A stretch of DNA of 64,000 nucleotides from an uncultured Candidatus Binatia bacterium (GTDB lineage: Bacteria > Desulfobacterota > Binatia > Bin18), in the NCBI GenBank assembly GCA_965200965.1, contig OZ241744.1, forward strand, positions 1,152,001 to 1,216,000. The letters run 5' to 3'. Shown piece by piece: positions 39,539 to 49,452 of the stretch (position 1 is the first letter of the stretch; each line of letters starts with the position of its first letter). The notes under the pieces were generated by a model. That model ran no database searches. It was not told the DNA's origin and was given only the letters and a program-made list of their open reading frames with translations. Made by a program: the position numbers and the translations under genes.

Positions 39539-40447
39539 ATGAGCGAGTTTGAGAGCATTGAGTACGAAGTCGAGCGAGGCCGGGCGCGCATCACCCTCAA
39601 CCGCCCGGAAAAGCTCAACGCCCTGTCCCTGAAGCTTCAGGCCGAGTTGAACGAAGCGCTGTGGGAGGCCGATAACAACACGGACATACACTGCGTCATC
39701 CTGCGCGGGGCCGGGCGGGCCTTCTCAGCCGGCTATGATCTGTCCGGGGCCGATAGCAAGCTGGCGGTATCGCGGGTAGAGTCCGCCCAAAACCGCTATC
39801 GTGGCTCCCGCAGCATTGACGACGACGCCTGGCAACTTGAGCGCGCCCAGCGTTACCGCATGGCCCTGTTTGACATGCACAAGCCGACCATCGCCCAGGT
39901 CCACGGCTACTGTCTGGCCGGCGGCACTGATGTTGCCCTGCTGTGCGATATGATTATCGCCGCCGAAGACGCGACCTTTGCCTTTCCGCCGGCCCGCGAC
40001 CTTGGCGCTCTGCCGACCAACTTCTGGCTGTATCACGTCGGTCCGCAGTGGGCCAAACGGCTGATGTTGACCGGCGACTCACTCACCGGGGCCGAGGCGC
40101 AGGACATCGGCCTGGTTCTGAAGGCCGTGCCGACCGAGCAGCTGGCCGCCGAGGTTGAACAGCTGGCAGATCGCCTGTGCCGGATTGACCCCGACCTGCT
40201 CAGCACCAATAAGCGCATCATCAACCTTGGTCTTGAACTGATGGGTGCCCGCACCCTCCAGCGCCTGGCCGCGGAGAACGATGTGCGGGGCCACAATACC
40301 CGGGCGGCACGGGACTATATGCAGTCGGTCAAAGACAAGGGCCTGCGGGAGACGTTGCGCGCCCGGGACGCCAAGTTCGGCGACGGCCGGGCGCGCGTCC
40401 ACGGTCCCGAAATTCGAGACGAGAAAGGCCGTCTGGTCAATACCTGA
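39539..40447 (+). CDS. Crotonase/enoyl-CoA hydratase family protein
   Basis: ITLNRPEKLNALS, AFSAGYDL, KPTIAQVHGYCLAGG. Confidence 0.9.
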   Translation: MSEFESIEYEVERGRARITLNRPEKLNALSLKLQAELNEALWEADNNTDIHCVILRGAGRAFSAGYDLSGADSKLAVSRVESAQNRYRGSRSIDDDAWQLERAQRYRMALFDMHKPTIAQVHGYCLAGGTDVALLCDMIIAAEDATFAFPPARDLGALPTNFWLYHVGPQWAKRLMLTGDSLTGAEAQDIGLVLKAVPTEQLAAEVEQLADRLCRIDPDLLSTNKRIINLGLELMGARTLQRLAAENDVRGHNTRAARDYMQSVKDKGLRETLRARDAKFGDGRARVHGPEIRDEKGRLVNT

Positions 40448-40542
40448 ACGGCTCGGTCGAGCCTGGTACTACCTGACCAACTCGGTATCGAAAAAGGTCT
40501 GTTGCTGAATCGACGGGGGACCGCCCAAGGGGAGGAGAACAG

Positions 40543-40743
40543 ATGTTGAGGTTTGTCACTGGCTTGATCGTGGGCCTGTTCCTGGGCGCGGCCGTTCCGG
40601 TACTCGCCTACTACACCAGTTATACCAAGGTATCGGAACTGACGGCTGGCGACCTGGAAAGAATCATGGAGAACGCCATAGAAGACGCGCTGGGCTCCTG
40701 TTCCATACGGCTGTCTGGAGACCGGGGGCGCTTCTCCTGCTGA
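40543..40743 (+). CDS. Small exported hypothetical protein (66 aa)
   Basis: Strong GGAGG SD, signal-peptide-like N-terminus ending VLA, two Cys near the C-terminus. Confidence 0.6.
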   Translation: MLRFVTGLIVGLFLGAAVPVLAYYTSYTKVSELTAGDLERIMENAIEDALGSCSIRLSGDRGRFSC

Positions 40744-40844
40744 GGCGTCCGAACAGGAAAGAACAGAGAACGCCGGTCTGTTCGATCAGATTCCCGCACG
40801 GTTCGACACTACCGGTCGGCACCCCCCACAAACAGGAGGACGGT

Positions 40845-41273
40845 ATGGCTCAGGCCAACGCAATCATTCGGGAAATCGAGACCGCTTATCACCACTATAT
40901 TGCGGTCTTCAACCGCGAGGATGCGACCGGGTTTGTCGGCTGCTACGCCCACCCACACGTCATGCTCAGCGGCGAGCAGGGTCTGAGCAGCGTCCAGACC
41001 GAGGCCGACCATCATACGGTGTATCACAACATTATGGCGGGCTTGCGCGCCAGCGAGTGGGGACGCAGCGATATTGACGCGCTCCAGGTCTTTCCCTACT
41101 CCGAGTCGCTGGCCCAGATAGTGGCCGATGTGACCCGCTACAAACGGGACGGCTCGGTGCTGGAGAAACTGCGGGCCACCTATATGTATCGTCGGGATGC
41201 GGAGGGCTGGAAAATTGTGTCGCTGGCCCTCGTCGAAGCGCCGTTCTCGGGACCGGGAGGAAAACCACGATGA
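40845..41273 (+). CDS. NTF2/SnoaL-like fold protein
   Basis: GGAGG SD; Y...FNREDA...Y..P, TRYKRDGSVLE, GWKIV. Confidence 0.7.
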   Translation: MAQANAIIREIETAYHHYIAVFNREDATGFVGCYAHPHVMLSGEQGLSSVQTEADHHTVYHNIMAGLRASEWGRSDIDALQVFPYSESLAQIVADVTRYKRDGSVLEKLRATYMYRRDAEGWKIVSLALVEAPFSGPGGKPR

Positions 41274-42490
41274 CGCAGCCGAAGCATGTGTTGGAGGGCT
41301 ATAAGGTCCTGGACTTCTCGCAGATTGTGGCAGGACCGACCTGCACCTTGATGATGGCAGAAATGGGGGCTGAGGTTATCAAGGTCGAGCTGGTCCCGGC
41401 CGGCGACGGTGCGCGTCTCGGCCCGGTCGTCATTGACGGCCGCAGCGGGTATTTTGTCCAGCATAACCGCGGCAAGAAGGACTTGTGCCTGGACGCCAAA
41501 ACGCCCGAGGGGCTCCACATCCTCAAGGGGCTGGTCAGGAAGGTCGATGTCCTGGTGGAGAACTATGCCCCGGGAGTGATCGGGCGACTGGGCCTCGGCT
41601 ATGAGGTGGCCAGTGCGCTCAATCCGGGGCTGGTCATGTGCTCAATTTCGGCCTTTGGCCAGACCGGACCGCTGGCCCATGAACCGGGCTTTGACTGGGT
41701 GGGAGCAGCCTACTCGGGCATTACCTCAATGGGGGGCGAAAAAGACGGCTCGCCCATTTTCCCGATGGTCGCCATGGGTGATGTGTCAACCGGCGCGCAC
41801 GCTATGGGCGCAATCTGCGCCGCCCTGATCTACCGGGAGCGCACCGGCCGCGGCCAGCGCCTTGACCTGTCGCTGCTTGACACCTACGCCCATTATCACG
41901 AGGCCAGCTTCCAGATGTACAGTCTGAGCAAGGGCGCGATCAGTCCGACCCGCTCTGGGGCACATTCGTGGTACGCCAGCCCGGCGGGGGTCTTCAAGGG
42001 CCGCGATCGCTACATGATCCTCATTGCGCCCCTGGAGCAGCACTGGTCGAAGTTGTGCGAAGCAATGGGCCGAGCGGACATGGCCCGTGACCCACGCTTT
42101 ACCGATAACGCGGCCCGGATGAACAATCTGGAGGTCCTCGTAGAGATCATTGAGGGCTGGATTCGCTCCCAGCCGAGCGACGACGCGGCGATTGAGATAC
42201 TGAAGGCGCATCATGTGCCGGTCGCGCCGATTCTGTCCGTGCCTGAGGCGCTCCAGCATCCCCACCTGCGTCAGCGCGGAACCGTGCGGACGGTGCATGA
42301 CCGGCTGCTCGGCGACCTTGAGGTGCCGGGATTTGCCCTGCGCTTTTCGGACTTTCCGACGCCTCTGGAACTCCAAGCCCCGCTGCTGGGCGAGCATAAC
42401 GCCGAACTGCTGACCGAGTGGCTCGGCTACAGTCCGGATGAGGTCCGGGACCTGGAGCGCAGAGGCATTCTGCACAGCGGCCCGGCCTGA
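41270..42490 (+). CDS. CoA-transferase family III (CaiB/BaiF)
   Basis: LEGYKVLDFSQIVAGP, GAEVIKVE, NRGKK, DVLVENY.PG, GFD, APLLGEHN. Confidence 0.93.
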   Translation: MTQPKHVLEGYKVLDFSQIVAGPTCTLMMAEMGAEVIKVELVPAGDGARLGPVVIDGRSGYFVQHNRGKKDLCLDAKTPEGLHILKGLVRKVDVLVENYAPGVIGRLGLGYEVASALNPGLVMCSISAFGQTGPLAHEPGFDWVGAAYSGITSMGGEKDGSPIFPMVAMGDVSTGAHAMGAICAALIYRERTGRGQRLDLSLLDTYAHYHEASFQMYSLSKGAISPTRSGAHSWYASPAGVFKGRDRYMILIAPLEQHWSKLCEAMGRADMARDPRFTDNAARMNNLEVLVEIIEGWIRSQPSDDAAIEILKAHHVPVAPILSVPEALQHPHLRQRGTVRTVHDRLLGDLEVPGFALRFSDFPTPLELQAPLLGEHNAELLTEWLGYSPDEVRDLERRGILHSGPA

Positions 42491-42615
42491 GCCCTGGGGG
42501 GGCCGGCGCAGGGCTGAAGGTCTCGCGCTCTACCCATACCGCGGGGGCGCTTTCCTGACAGCGGCTTTCGGTGTAGCCAGAGAAGAGTCCAGCGTGAGCC
42601 AACGCGGAAGGGATT

Positions 42616-43032
42616 ATGTCGAAACTGAACGAGTACAATACACGGGTGATTGCGGAATTTCGGGCCAACCAGGGCAAGGTCGGTGGCCAGATGGAAAATA
42701 TGCCGGTGGTGCTCCTGACCATGACTGGGGCCAAGAGCGGCAGAACGATCACCAAGCCGCTGGTGTATACGACCGACGGGGAGCGCATTGTTGTCATCGC
42801 CTCCTTCGCCGGAGCGCCCCATCACCCGGCTTGGTATCACAACCTGGTCGCCCACCCCGAGGTCACGCTCGAAATCGGCAGCGAGCGCTTTCGGGCCAGG
42901 GCAGAGGTGACGAGCGGCGAAGAGCGCCAGCGGCTGTTTGACCGCCAAGCCGGGCAGATGCCGATTTTTCACGACTACCAGAAAAAAACCAGCCGCCAGA
43001 TCCCGGTCGTGGTGTTCAAGCGGCTTGACTGA
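42616..43032 (+). CDS. Deazaflavin (F420H2)-dependent nitroreductase family (Ddn-like)
   Basis: IAEFRAN.GKVGG, LLT.TGAKSG, HPAWYHNLVAHP, RQIPVV. Confidence 0.92.
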   Translation: MSKLNEYNTRVIAEFRANQGKVGGQMENMPVVLLTMTGAKSGRTITKPLVYTTDGERIVVIASFAGAPHHPAWYHNLVAHPEVTLEIGSERFRARAEVTSGEERQRLFDRQAGQMPIFHDYQKKTSRQIPVVVFKRLD

Positions 43033-43068
43033 AGCCAACCCTGAGCCGCGTGTTGGAACTGCTGAGGC

Positions 43069-44820
43069 TCAGTCAAAGAGAGACGGCTGCCGGCTTTGCA
43101 TCGTGTCGCTTCGGTCTGCGGTCCGGTTCTCGGTCATGCCGGTCGTGCGGGCGGCGGCGCACACCTCTCCCCAGCCGATGAAATAGTCATCAAAGTAGTC
43201 GATCGGATAGCGGCTGAGGCGTTTGACCTCCGCCCGGGTGGGAAGCCGGCCCAAATGCCGGGCGATGTTCCTGACCTCTAATTGCAAGACTTTCTTGGAG
43301 ACTTTGTAGTCAATGCCTCCGATCCGTCGGACCCGGCTGTTCTTCGCCTGAAGGTTGCGGGTCGCCTTGGCAAAAGGGTCTTCCCCCTGTCGCAAGGTCT
43401 CGTGTCGGCTCAGGGCGAGTTGGTGATAGGTTTCCGATAACTCAATGCCGATGAACTTCCGTCTCAACTGCTCGGCGCACAGCGAGGTCGTGCCGGCCCC
43501 ATTAAACGGGTCCAGCACACTTTCTCCCTCACAGGTGAACAGGGCTATCAAGCGACGCATCAGCGCAGGTGGGAGCTGACAGGGGTGGTCAACCCGGCGG
43601 GCATTGTGCTTAAGCCGGTGGATATCCCACCACAGGTCGCTTATTGTCTCCCGATCGGCCAGACGGAGCCGGCGACGCTCCTTCACACAGGCGGCGCGCA
43701 GGCAATACCATTCCTTTAGAGAACTCAGATGGGTCTTCTGTTCAGTGTTTGTCATGCCAGGCAGAGGCCGGGGCGGTCCCTTTGAGCAGCACAGGATGGC
43801 GTAGTGGGCCGGCATGATCTTGCGCACAGGCAGGCCCAGCCCCTCCCAGACGATCCAGTTCTGAAAGGTGAGACGATGCTTGAGAGACAGAAAATGGCGA
43901 GCCGTCCACTGGGGGATATTCAGGACGGCACAGGTCCTCCCCGGCTTCAGGACCCGCGCCAATTCGTCCAGCCAGCGGTCGCACCAGGCAAAATACTCCC
44001 GCTTGTCCTGCGTATCGTCCCAGGCATCGTACTGCTTGGCGATATTGTAGGGAGGGTCGGCAAAGCAGAAATCAATGCTGTTCGACGCTATGGACGACAA
44101 GAGGGCTACGCTGTCTCCATTGATCAGCCTCGACGACTGGAGCGAGGGGCCGGCATTGTCGTCGCTGAGCAATGCAACGGGTGATCTTGTGGAGCGGAGG
44201 CTTCGGACCGCTGTGAGGTCAAGGACATGCAGGCTTGTGTAGGGGGCACGCCCAAAGACCTCGCTCAGCCGGTCTGTAATCTGGTCCGTCTCACCGTCGG
44301 GAGCCCAGTCAATATCCCGCCAGACATCCGACATGAGCGTCCCGTACTCGTGGTAGGTGTGCTTTTTCCCGCCATAGTCCTTTGTCGTCTTGTCGCAGGC
44401 CGGGCAGTAGGTATAGGCGATGCGCGTCTTGTTGTGCCGCAGGGATGTTGTGTACTTCGTCAGGATGAGCAAGGCTGCATGATGCCCCGGGAGCAGGCCC
44501 GGGTTGGCGACAGGCTCTCTGAGCTTGACGGCGACCCATAGCTGAAAATGCAGCACATCCGTCAACTGCATCACAGTGGTGGCGGCGTCCGCGGGTGTGG
44601 TGAGGAGACACAGCACGGAATCGTCGGACAGGAGGCCGGCAAAGCTGTGGAGACGGTCGAACCAAGCCCCGCCAGTTTCGCTGTCGGCCGGCGAGCGTCC
44701 GTACGGCAGGATGAACAGCCAGACAGCGGGGTGTATATCGGGGGCAGGGAGGTGGCCGCTGTCCTGCAAGGACAGCCTGACGACGCGCAGCGGCTTCGCC
44801 CCTTCGGACTGGTGTGCCAT
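43069..44820 (-). CDS. Amino (N4-C/N6-A) DNA methyltransferase, beta class, with N-terminal extra region and C-terminal helical domain
   Basis: GDS...FADPPYN (motif IV) precedes HPCQLP...VLDPFNGAGTT (motif I). Start MAHQ at 44820 abuts the REase stop. Confidence 0.9.
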   Translation of the reverse strand: MAHQSEGAKPLRVVRLSLQDSGHLPAPDIHPAVWLFILPYGRSPADSETGGAWFDRLHSFAGLLSDDSVLCLLTTPADAATTVMQLTDVLHFQLWVAVKLREPVANPGLLPGHHAALLILTKYTTSLRHNKTRIAYTYCPACDKTTKDYGGKKHTYHEYGTLMSDVWRDIDWAPDGETDQITDRLSEVFGRAPYTSLHVLDLTAVRSLRSTRSPVALLSDDNAGPSLQSSRLINGDSVALLSSIASNSIDFCFADPPYNIAKQYDAWDDTQDKREYFAWCDRWLDELARVLKPGRTCAVLNIPQWTARHFLSLKHRLTFQNWIVWEGLGLPVRKIMPAHYAILCCSKGPPRPLPGMTNTEQKTHLSSLKEWYCLRAACVKERRRLRLADRETISDLWWDIHRLKHNARRVDHPCQLPPALMRRLIALFTCEGESVLDPFNGAGTTSLCAEQLRRKFIGIELSETYHQLALSRHETLRQGEDPFAKATRNLQAKNSRVRRIGGIDYKVSKKVLQLEVRNIARHLGRLPTRAEVKRLSRYPIDYFDDYFIGWGEVCAAARTTGMTENRTADRSDTMQSRQPSLFD

Positions 44821-44821
44821 G

Positions 44822-45844
44822 TCAGCCCCCCGCTCCAAACTCTCGCAGATATTCGGCCAGAGCGTCAAGTTCGGTGTCACGGAATGTCACCACACAATCG
44901 CCGTAGCGACAAATTGTTTCTAGTGCTGAACGTCGCTGGAAATTTCCGGCTCCGTCAACAACATACGCAATGCCGTGGCCATGATTGTGAAGCGCGCTCT
45001 GTCGGGCTTGCGCCTGTCCTGCTTTCCGCTCAATTGTACTGTTTGTTGTCACCTGGAAGCTCACTTCTATGGCGCAGCACCGACCGGAAGGAGCCTCGGC
45101 CACAATATCGAACGCCATATCTGTGCGTCCCTCATTCTGGCTGATGCCAGAAATCCTTGTCCGGGAAAAATCCCACCCGTGAAGACGGAACTTGAGACGT
45201 TCGCGCACATGAGACTGAGCCAATTGACCCATAGTGTTGGCAGTGGCTCCGCCGGTAATCCTGCTCACATGAATATAGCGTTGCCGAACAAAGGCGTCTA
45301 ACTCGCTCTTATTCCCGATCATCGTACCAATGCAGCATTTCTGGAATACGTCGTCTGGTATGTCAAGATTTGTAACAGCGCCCCCGTGCAGAAGGATCAT
45401 AGCCACATCCTGCATTTCCAGTGTGAGTTGTTCAGCGTTTACGAGCCTCGTCCCATCAACTGCCAGATTACGATTTGTCCATTTCATACCCGTACCGAGC
45501 GACTGAAACCGATAAGAATGTCTGTTTCCGCGCCAGATAAAACTCAGGGATCGCTCGGGAAAGAATTTCTCGATTTCCCTACCTATACGCTGTAAGAGTT
45601 CGCCTCCAATGTCTGTGAGCACCATGAGATGCTTGAGAAAAAGATTCCCCGGCATCCCCGAGGTAGCGTCTAGCACCGATATCCACGAAGTAGGCGACGA
45701 ATCGGCCACATACAGGATGCCTATGAATTTCTCTTGGCTGTCAATGAGGCGTGGTATGACGCTGCTCTTCTGAGACCGCTCTATAATGCTGTCAGGCCAG
45801 AATTTGGCAACTCTTGCCTCAAGATCATCCAAAGAGCGCGACAT
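44822..45844 (-). CDS. Type II restriction endonuclease, BanI/HgiCI-like
   Basis: FWP, NLFLKHLMVLTD.GGE, RYI.VSRITGGA.ANT.GQ, FD...IEVSFQVTTNSTIERKAGQA, DGAGNFQR; this matches my recollection of R.BanI. Visibly lower GC. Confidence 0.75.
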   Translation of the reverse strand: MSRSLDDLEARVAKFWPDSIIERSQKSSVIPRLIDSQEKFIGILYVADSSPTSWISVLDATSGMPGNLFLKHLMVLTDIGGELLQRIGREIEKFFPERSLSFIWRGNRHSYRFQSLGTGMKWTNRNLAVDGTRLVNAEQLTLEMQDVAMILLHGGAVTNLDIPDDVFQKCCIGTMIGNKSELDAFVRQRYIHVSRITGGATANTMGQLAQSHVRERLKFRLHGWDFSRTRISGISQNEGRTDMAFDIVAEAPSGRCCAIEVSFQVTTNSTIERKAGQAQARQSALHNHGHGIAYVVDGAGNFQRRSALETICRYGDCVVTFRDTELDALAEYLREFGAGG

Positions 45845-45895
45845 GGATATTCAGCCTGGCAAAACCCCATACCCCTGTGGAGGGTGAGTATGCGC

Positions 45896-46678
45896 CTATC
45901 TGCAATCAATAAACACCAACTCTTTGGCGACCCACATGGCCGAGCGCGGAAAGTCGATGAAGTGGGACTCGTCCTCAACCGCGACCTGCATGGCCCGTTG
46001 ACCCTCTGGCGTGGTCCCGACCGCGGCCAGGTCAAGCCGGTCGAACCAGGCCTCGGCATGGCCGGTGTAGGGGGCAACCGTCGTCCCTCGGCTGACCCGG
46101 AGTTGCGCTTCAAGCTCATCCTCGAAGCGGTGGACTTGCAGGTAGCGTTTCATCCGCATACCCGACGCCACGCTCCGAATCAGCGGGCCGTGGTGGGTGC
46201 GCCAGTAGAGCTGGGCTTCGTCAAGACTGAGGGGATCCGGGTGGCGCAGACAGAAGAACAGCTTGAGCAAACCGCTGTTTTCCCGCGCCACCAACTCTTC
46301 TGGAAGCGGGTTGACCTGGGGATATTCATAGGCCAGCCACAGCGGGGATTGAGCGAGATCAATGAACCGCGCCTCGTCCTTGACCAACTCCCGGGCCGCG
46401 GCGCGGCCCGCCTCGGTCCCGGAGGCCTTGACCAGGGTCTCGCGCTTGGTCCACCACACTTCCGCCACGCCGTCATAGACCGGCTCCATACCGCCCCGCG
46501 CATCTGCCAGCTGGTCGTTTATCGGATCATCGAGCGTGTGGACCTGGACATAGCGGTGTATGGCCAAGTCGGTGGCGTGCTTAGCCACTAAGGGGCCGTG
46601 TACCTCGCGCCAGTAGCGCTGAAAGTCGGCGCGCGACATGCCCGGTTGGCGGCGGAGGACAAACGTTAAACGAATCAT
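45896..46678 (-). CDS. EthD domain protein (two domains)
   Basis: R.PGMSR.DFQRYWREVHGPLV, YDGVAEVWW, DEARFID; the motif set is repeated. Confidence 0.88.
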   Translation of the reverse strand: MIRLTFVLRRQPGMSRADFQRYWREVHGPLVAKHATDLAIHRYVQVHTLDDPINDQLADARGGMEPVYDGVAEVWWTKRETLVKASGTEAGRAAARELVKDEARFIDLAQSPLWLAYEYPQVNPLPEELVARENSGLLKLFFCLRHPDPLSLDEAQLYWRTHHGPLIRSVASGMRMKRYLQVHRFEDELEAQLRVSRGTTVAPYTGHAEAWFDRLDLAAVGTTPEGQRAMQVAVEDESHFIDFPRSAMWVAKELVFIDCR

Positions 46679-46713
46679 GCCAAGTCTCCTTGTCTCTCGC
46701 TTCTGCTGCCGAG

Positions 46714-47214
46714 TTACTTGGGCGGAAACGGTGTCGAAAAACCGTCTGTGAGTTGGCGCTGCGGCCACAGAAATTGCAGGCTGATACGCTCGATGAACCA
46801 GCCGTCATTGACCTTCCGGCAGGCGTCGTCATACACCCCGAACCACTCGACCGGGTTGGCCGCGGGGTCGGTATGGGTCAGCACGTCAATGAGGTAGGAG
46901 CGGCCCACCGCGCTTGTCGGGCCGGTCAACTCAACCCGGTGGTTGCCTGTGTTGTGCAGCGAGCCGAAGCGCTCTTGTATCTGCTGGCTGAACATCCGTT
47001 GGTAGTTGTGTCTGATCGTTTCTTTGCCGTGCCATTGTCCATACGGCCCAAACTCACACCGGGCATCCTCGGTGAACAGCGCCGCTACGGCGTCGATATT
47101 CCCGCCGTCCAGAAGGTGGGCATAGCGGTTCCTGAGCTTGCGGATGGCTTCGATTTCCAGCAGTTCGCGCAGCTTCTGAATCTCTGCGTGGGTAAATGGC
47201 ATTGCTTCAGGCAT
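46714..47214 (-). CDS. SnoaL_4/NTF2 family protein
   Basis: IEAIRKL..RYA..LD, LFTEDA, H...NH.VEL, G.YDD...K..DGW.I. Confidence 0.85.
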   Translation of the reverse strand: MPEAMPFTHAEIQKLRELLEIEAIRKLRNRYAHLLDGGNIDAVAALFTEDARCEFGPYGQWHGKETIRHNYQRMFSQQIQERFGSLHNTGNHRVELTGPTSAVGRSYLIDVLTHTDPAANPVEWFGVYDDACRKVNDGWFIERISLQFLWPQRQLTDGFSTPFPPK

Positions 47215-47249
47215 TGCATCCCCCTTGGGTTGGTGTAGAGGTCAGCATC

Positions 47250-48101
47250 CTAGACGAACCGGCGCGGCTTGCGGGGCTGACGGCCGAGGGCAAATTCCGG
47301 CGGCCGCAGACCAATCTCCCGGTTGGCCGCAACCGGCGGCGTGAAGTACCCCAGGGCATAATTCATCATTGTATAGCCGAGCAGCTCTTGGAGTTCCGGG
47401 GAGAAATCTTTAGCCAACTCCGGCGGACAGGACAGGTACTGGTTTTCTTCTTGTCGAAGCCAGCCCAGAGAATAGGTGATGTTCAGCCCTACCCGGTCGG
47501 CTGGGCTGGTATTTGCGCCGCCACCGTGAATGACCGTCCCCGAATACACCAGGACTGAGCCGGGTGACATTTCGGCATAGGTGATGTCGTCCGGGGTGGC
47601 TTCGCGCTCTGCGGGCCAGCCGACGCTGCCCGGCGCAAGCTGGGTCGCCCCGTTCTGGCGGGTGAACTCGGTCAGCGCCCACAGGGTATTGAGCTGTGGC
47701 TCGAGGCCCTGCAAATACTCGCCCCACACCAGCCGGTCGCGGTGTAACAACTGTTTGGGCTGGCCCGGCATGAGGCGGATGACCTGGGCCAGATGGAGCT
47801 GATAGCGCTTGCAGTTGGGCAGCAAAAATTCATCGCACACGCCCAGAATTGTGTCGCGGGTGGCGAGTTCACGACACGCCGCAGAGCGGGCGATCAGCGC
47901 CCCGGTCCGCGTGGTCTGGTAGCCGGAGAATTCGTCCCGACCAACCGGAGTGCCCGCAATAAAGGGCATCAACTCATCGAGCGTGGCTTGGGCCTGCTGC
48001 CGACCGAGCGCGTTTTCAAGGATCACCGCGCCGTCACGGACTATCGCCGCGGTAATATCCTGTGGGGAAGCGGCCGCGGGGAAACGAGTCAGGGCTTGCA
48101 T
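47250..48101 (-). CDS. Phytanoyl-CoA dioxygenase (PhyH) family protein
   Basis: Q.LHRD, ALTEFT..NGAT...PGS, HGGGAN, LGWLRQEENQYL. Confidence 0.9.
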   Translation of the reverse strand: MQALTRFPAAASPQDITAAIVRDGAVILENALGRQQAQATLDELMPFIAGTPVGRDEFSGYQTTRTGALIARSAACRELATRDTILGVCDEFLLPNCKRYQLHLAQVIRLMPGQPKQLLHRDRLVWGEYLQGLEPQLNTLWALTEFTRQNGATQLAPGSVGWPAEREATPDDITYAEMSPGSVLVYSGTVIHGGGANTSPADRVGLNITYSLGWLRQEENQYLSCPPELAKDFSPELQELLGYTMMNYALGYFTPPVAANREIGLRPPEFALGRQPRKPRRFV

Positions 48102-48564
48102 GGAAATTTCCTCCTGTCCTGTGAGCCTTCCATCAGGCTCTTTTTTCGTAGGGGAATTACAGCCCAAACTTGACGCTTGTTCGTCCACGCTCATGGCTTG
48201 GCCTCCTGCAATCGTCTGCGCTCCTTGACCTTCTGATCATGCCCCCAAAACAGCGCCTTAGCGAGCGCTTTCGGGTCGTCCGGCATGGGGCGGGAGGGGT
48301 CTTGCGCTTGGGTTGTTTCGTGGTCTTCTCAGCCATTTCCGTTCCCCTCTCCTTTAGTATACGCCTCGTGACGAGCATTTTTCTAGCAGGGTATAATTGA
48401 TCACGATTAAAGCTCCCTCTCATCGCCTCCGTGTTCGGTTGACACGCCCTGCCTCTTATCGTACGGTTGTCCCTGCGAACTTTCGGGAACCCCGACCTGT
48501 GTCGGGCTACCCGCTGAGTGGTAGGCTGAGAACAGAACCAATTCAAAAGGAAGGAGAACTGAGG

Positions 48565-49233
48565 ATGAGTTCACGAGATCAAAACTCACTAGCAAGACTG
48601 TACGAAAAAACCCCAGTAATACAAGCGTTGCTCCAACTCATCCCGCACTTAGGAGGCCCTATACATACGCTTATACATAGCACACTCCAAAGAATGGAGG
48701 AAGGCCGGATTCGTGCGCTCCTTGACGCACTTTCTCACGGCAAATTGGAACTCAGCGAAGAACTCATAGAGTCGGAAGATTTCTTGCACTGCTTTTGCGC
48801 GACCTACAAAGCAGTTCTCAATACGCGTCGTCGTGAAAAGATCGAGCTTTTCGCTAGACTACTGAAATCCGCTTTCACCGAAACACGTCCGAGAGATATT
48901 GACGAGTTCGAGGAGTTTATATCTATTTTGGATGACCTGACATATGAAGAGTGGTGCGCTCTCACTATTCTCGACTCATTTTCGAGCAGATCACGCAAAG
49001 CAGATGACAACGATCTTACATGGTCGCGGACGTTCTGGGATGAATTCAGCCGTACTGTAGAGCGACAATTGAAAATCCCATCGGACGAATTTACTCCGTT
49101 CATGAATCGCCTTGGGCGCACGGGTCTTTACGACCAACTTGTAGGCGCATATCTGGACTATGCCGGTGGGGTGGGAAAGCTGACGCCTCGATTTCACCGC
49201 CTTAAGAGTTTCATCAACTCACAGACTCAATAA
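48565..49233 (+). CDS. Hypothetical protein, lower-GC insert
   Basis: SD-rich leader (aaggaagga...gagg) before ATG 48565; 222 aa, predicted helical; composition differs from the flanks. Confidence 0.7.
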   Translation: MSSRDQNSLARLYEKTPVIQALLQLIPHLGGPIHTLIHSTLQRMEEGRIRALLDALSHGKLELSEELIESEDFLHCFCATYKAVLNTRRREKIELFARLLKSAFTETRPRDIDEFEEFISILDDLTYEEWCALTILDSFSSRSRKADDNDLTWSRTFWDEFSRTVERQLKIPSDEFTPFMNRLGRTGLYDQLVGAYLDYAGGVGKLTPRFHRLKSFINSQTQ

Positions 49234-49452
49234 GCCCGCACGCGGCTGCTGTTCATCTGAACCAAGTACGCGGTGCAAGACGAGCGGTACTGTGCATCAC
49301 CGCCCGTTGGTTCGGGTTGGCGTGAAGGGCGTGGTACGCGACCATGGGTTCCTGTCCCCAAGCAGATTTGAGTTTGTCGCGATTGTGGTCTACAAGGAGA
49401 GCAAAGCTCGCTAGGTGTAGACATACAGCCCACACGCAGAGGAGGCACTAGG

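Noticed and set aside
48140-48430. IS terminal inverted repeats around the mini-ORF
   Set aside because: No convincing IR pair, target duplication or transposase was found.
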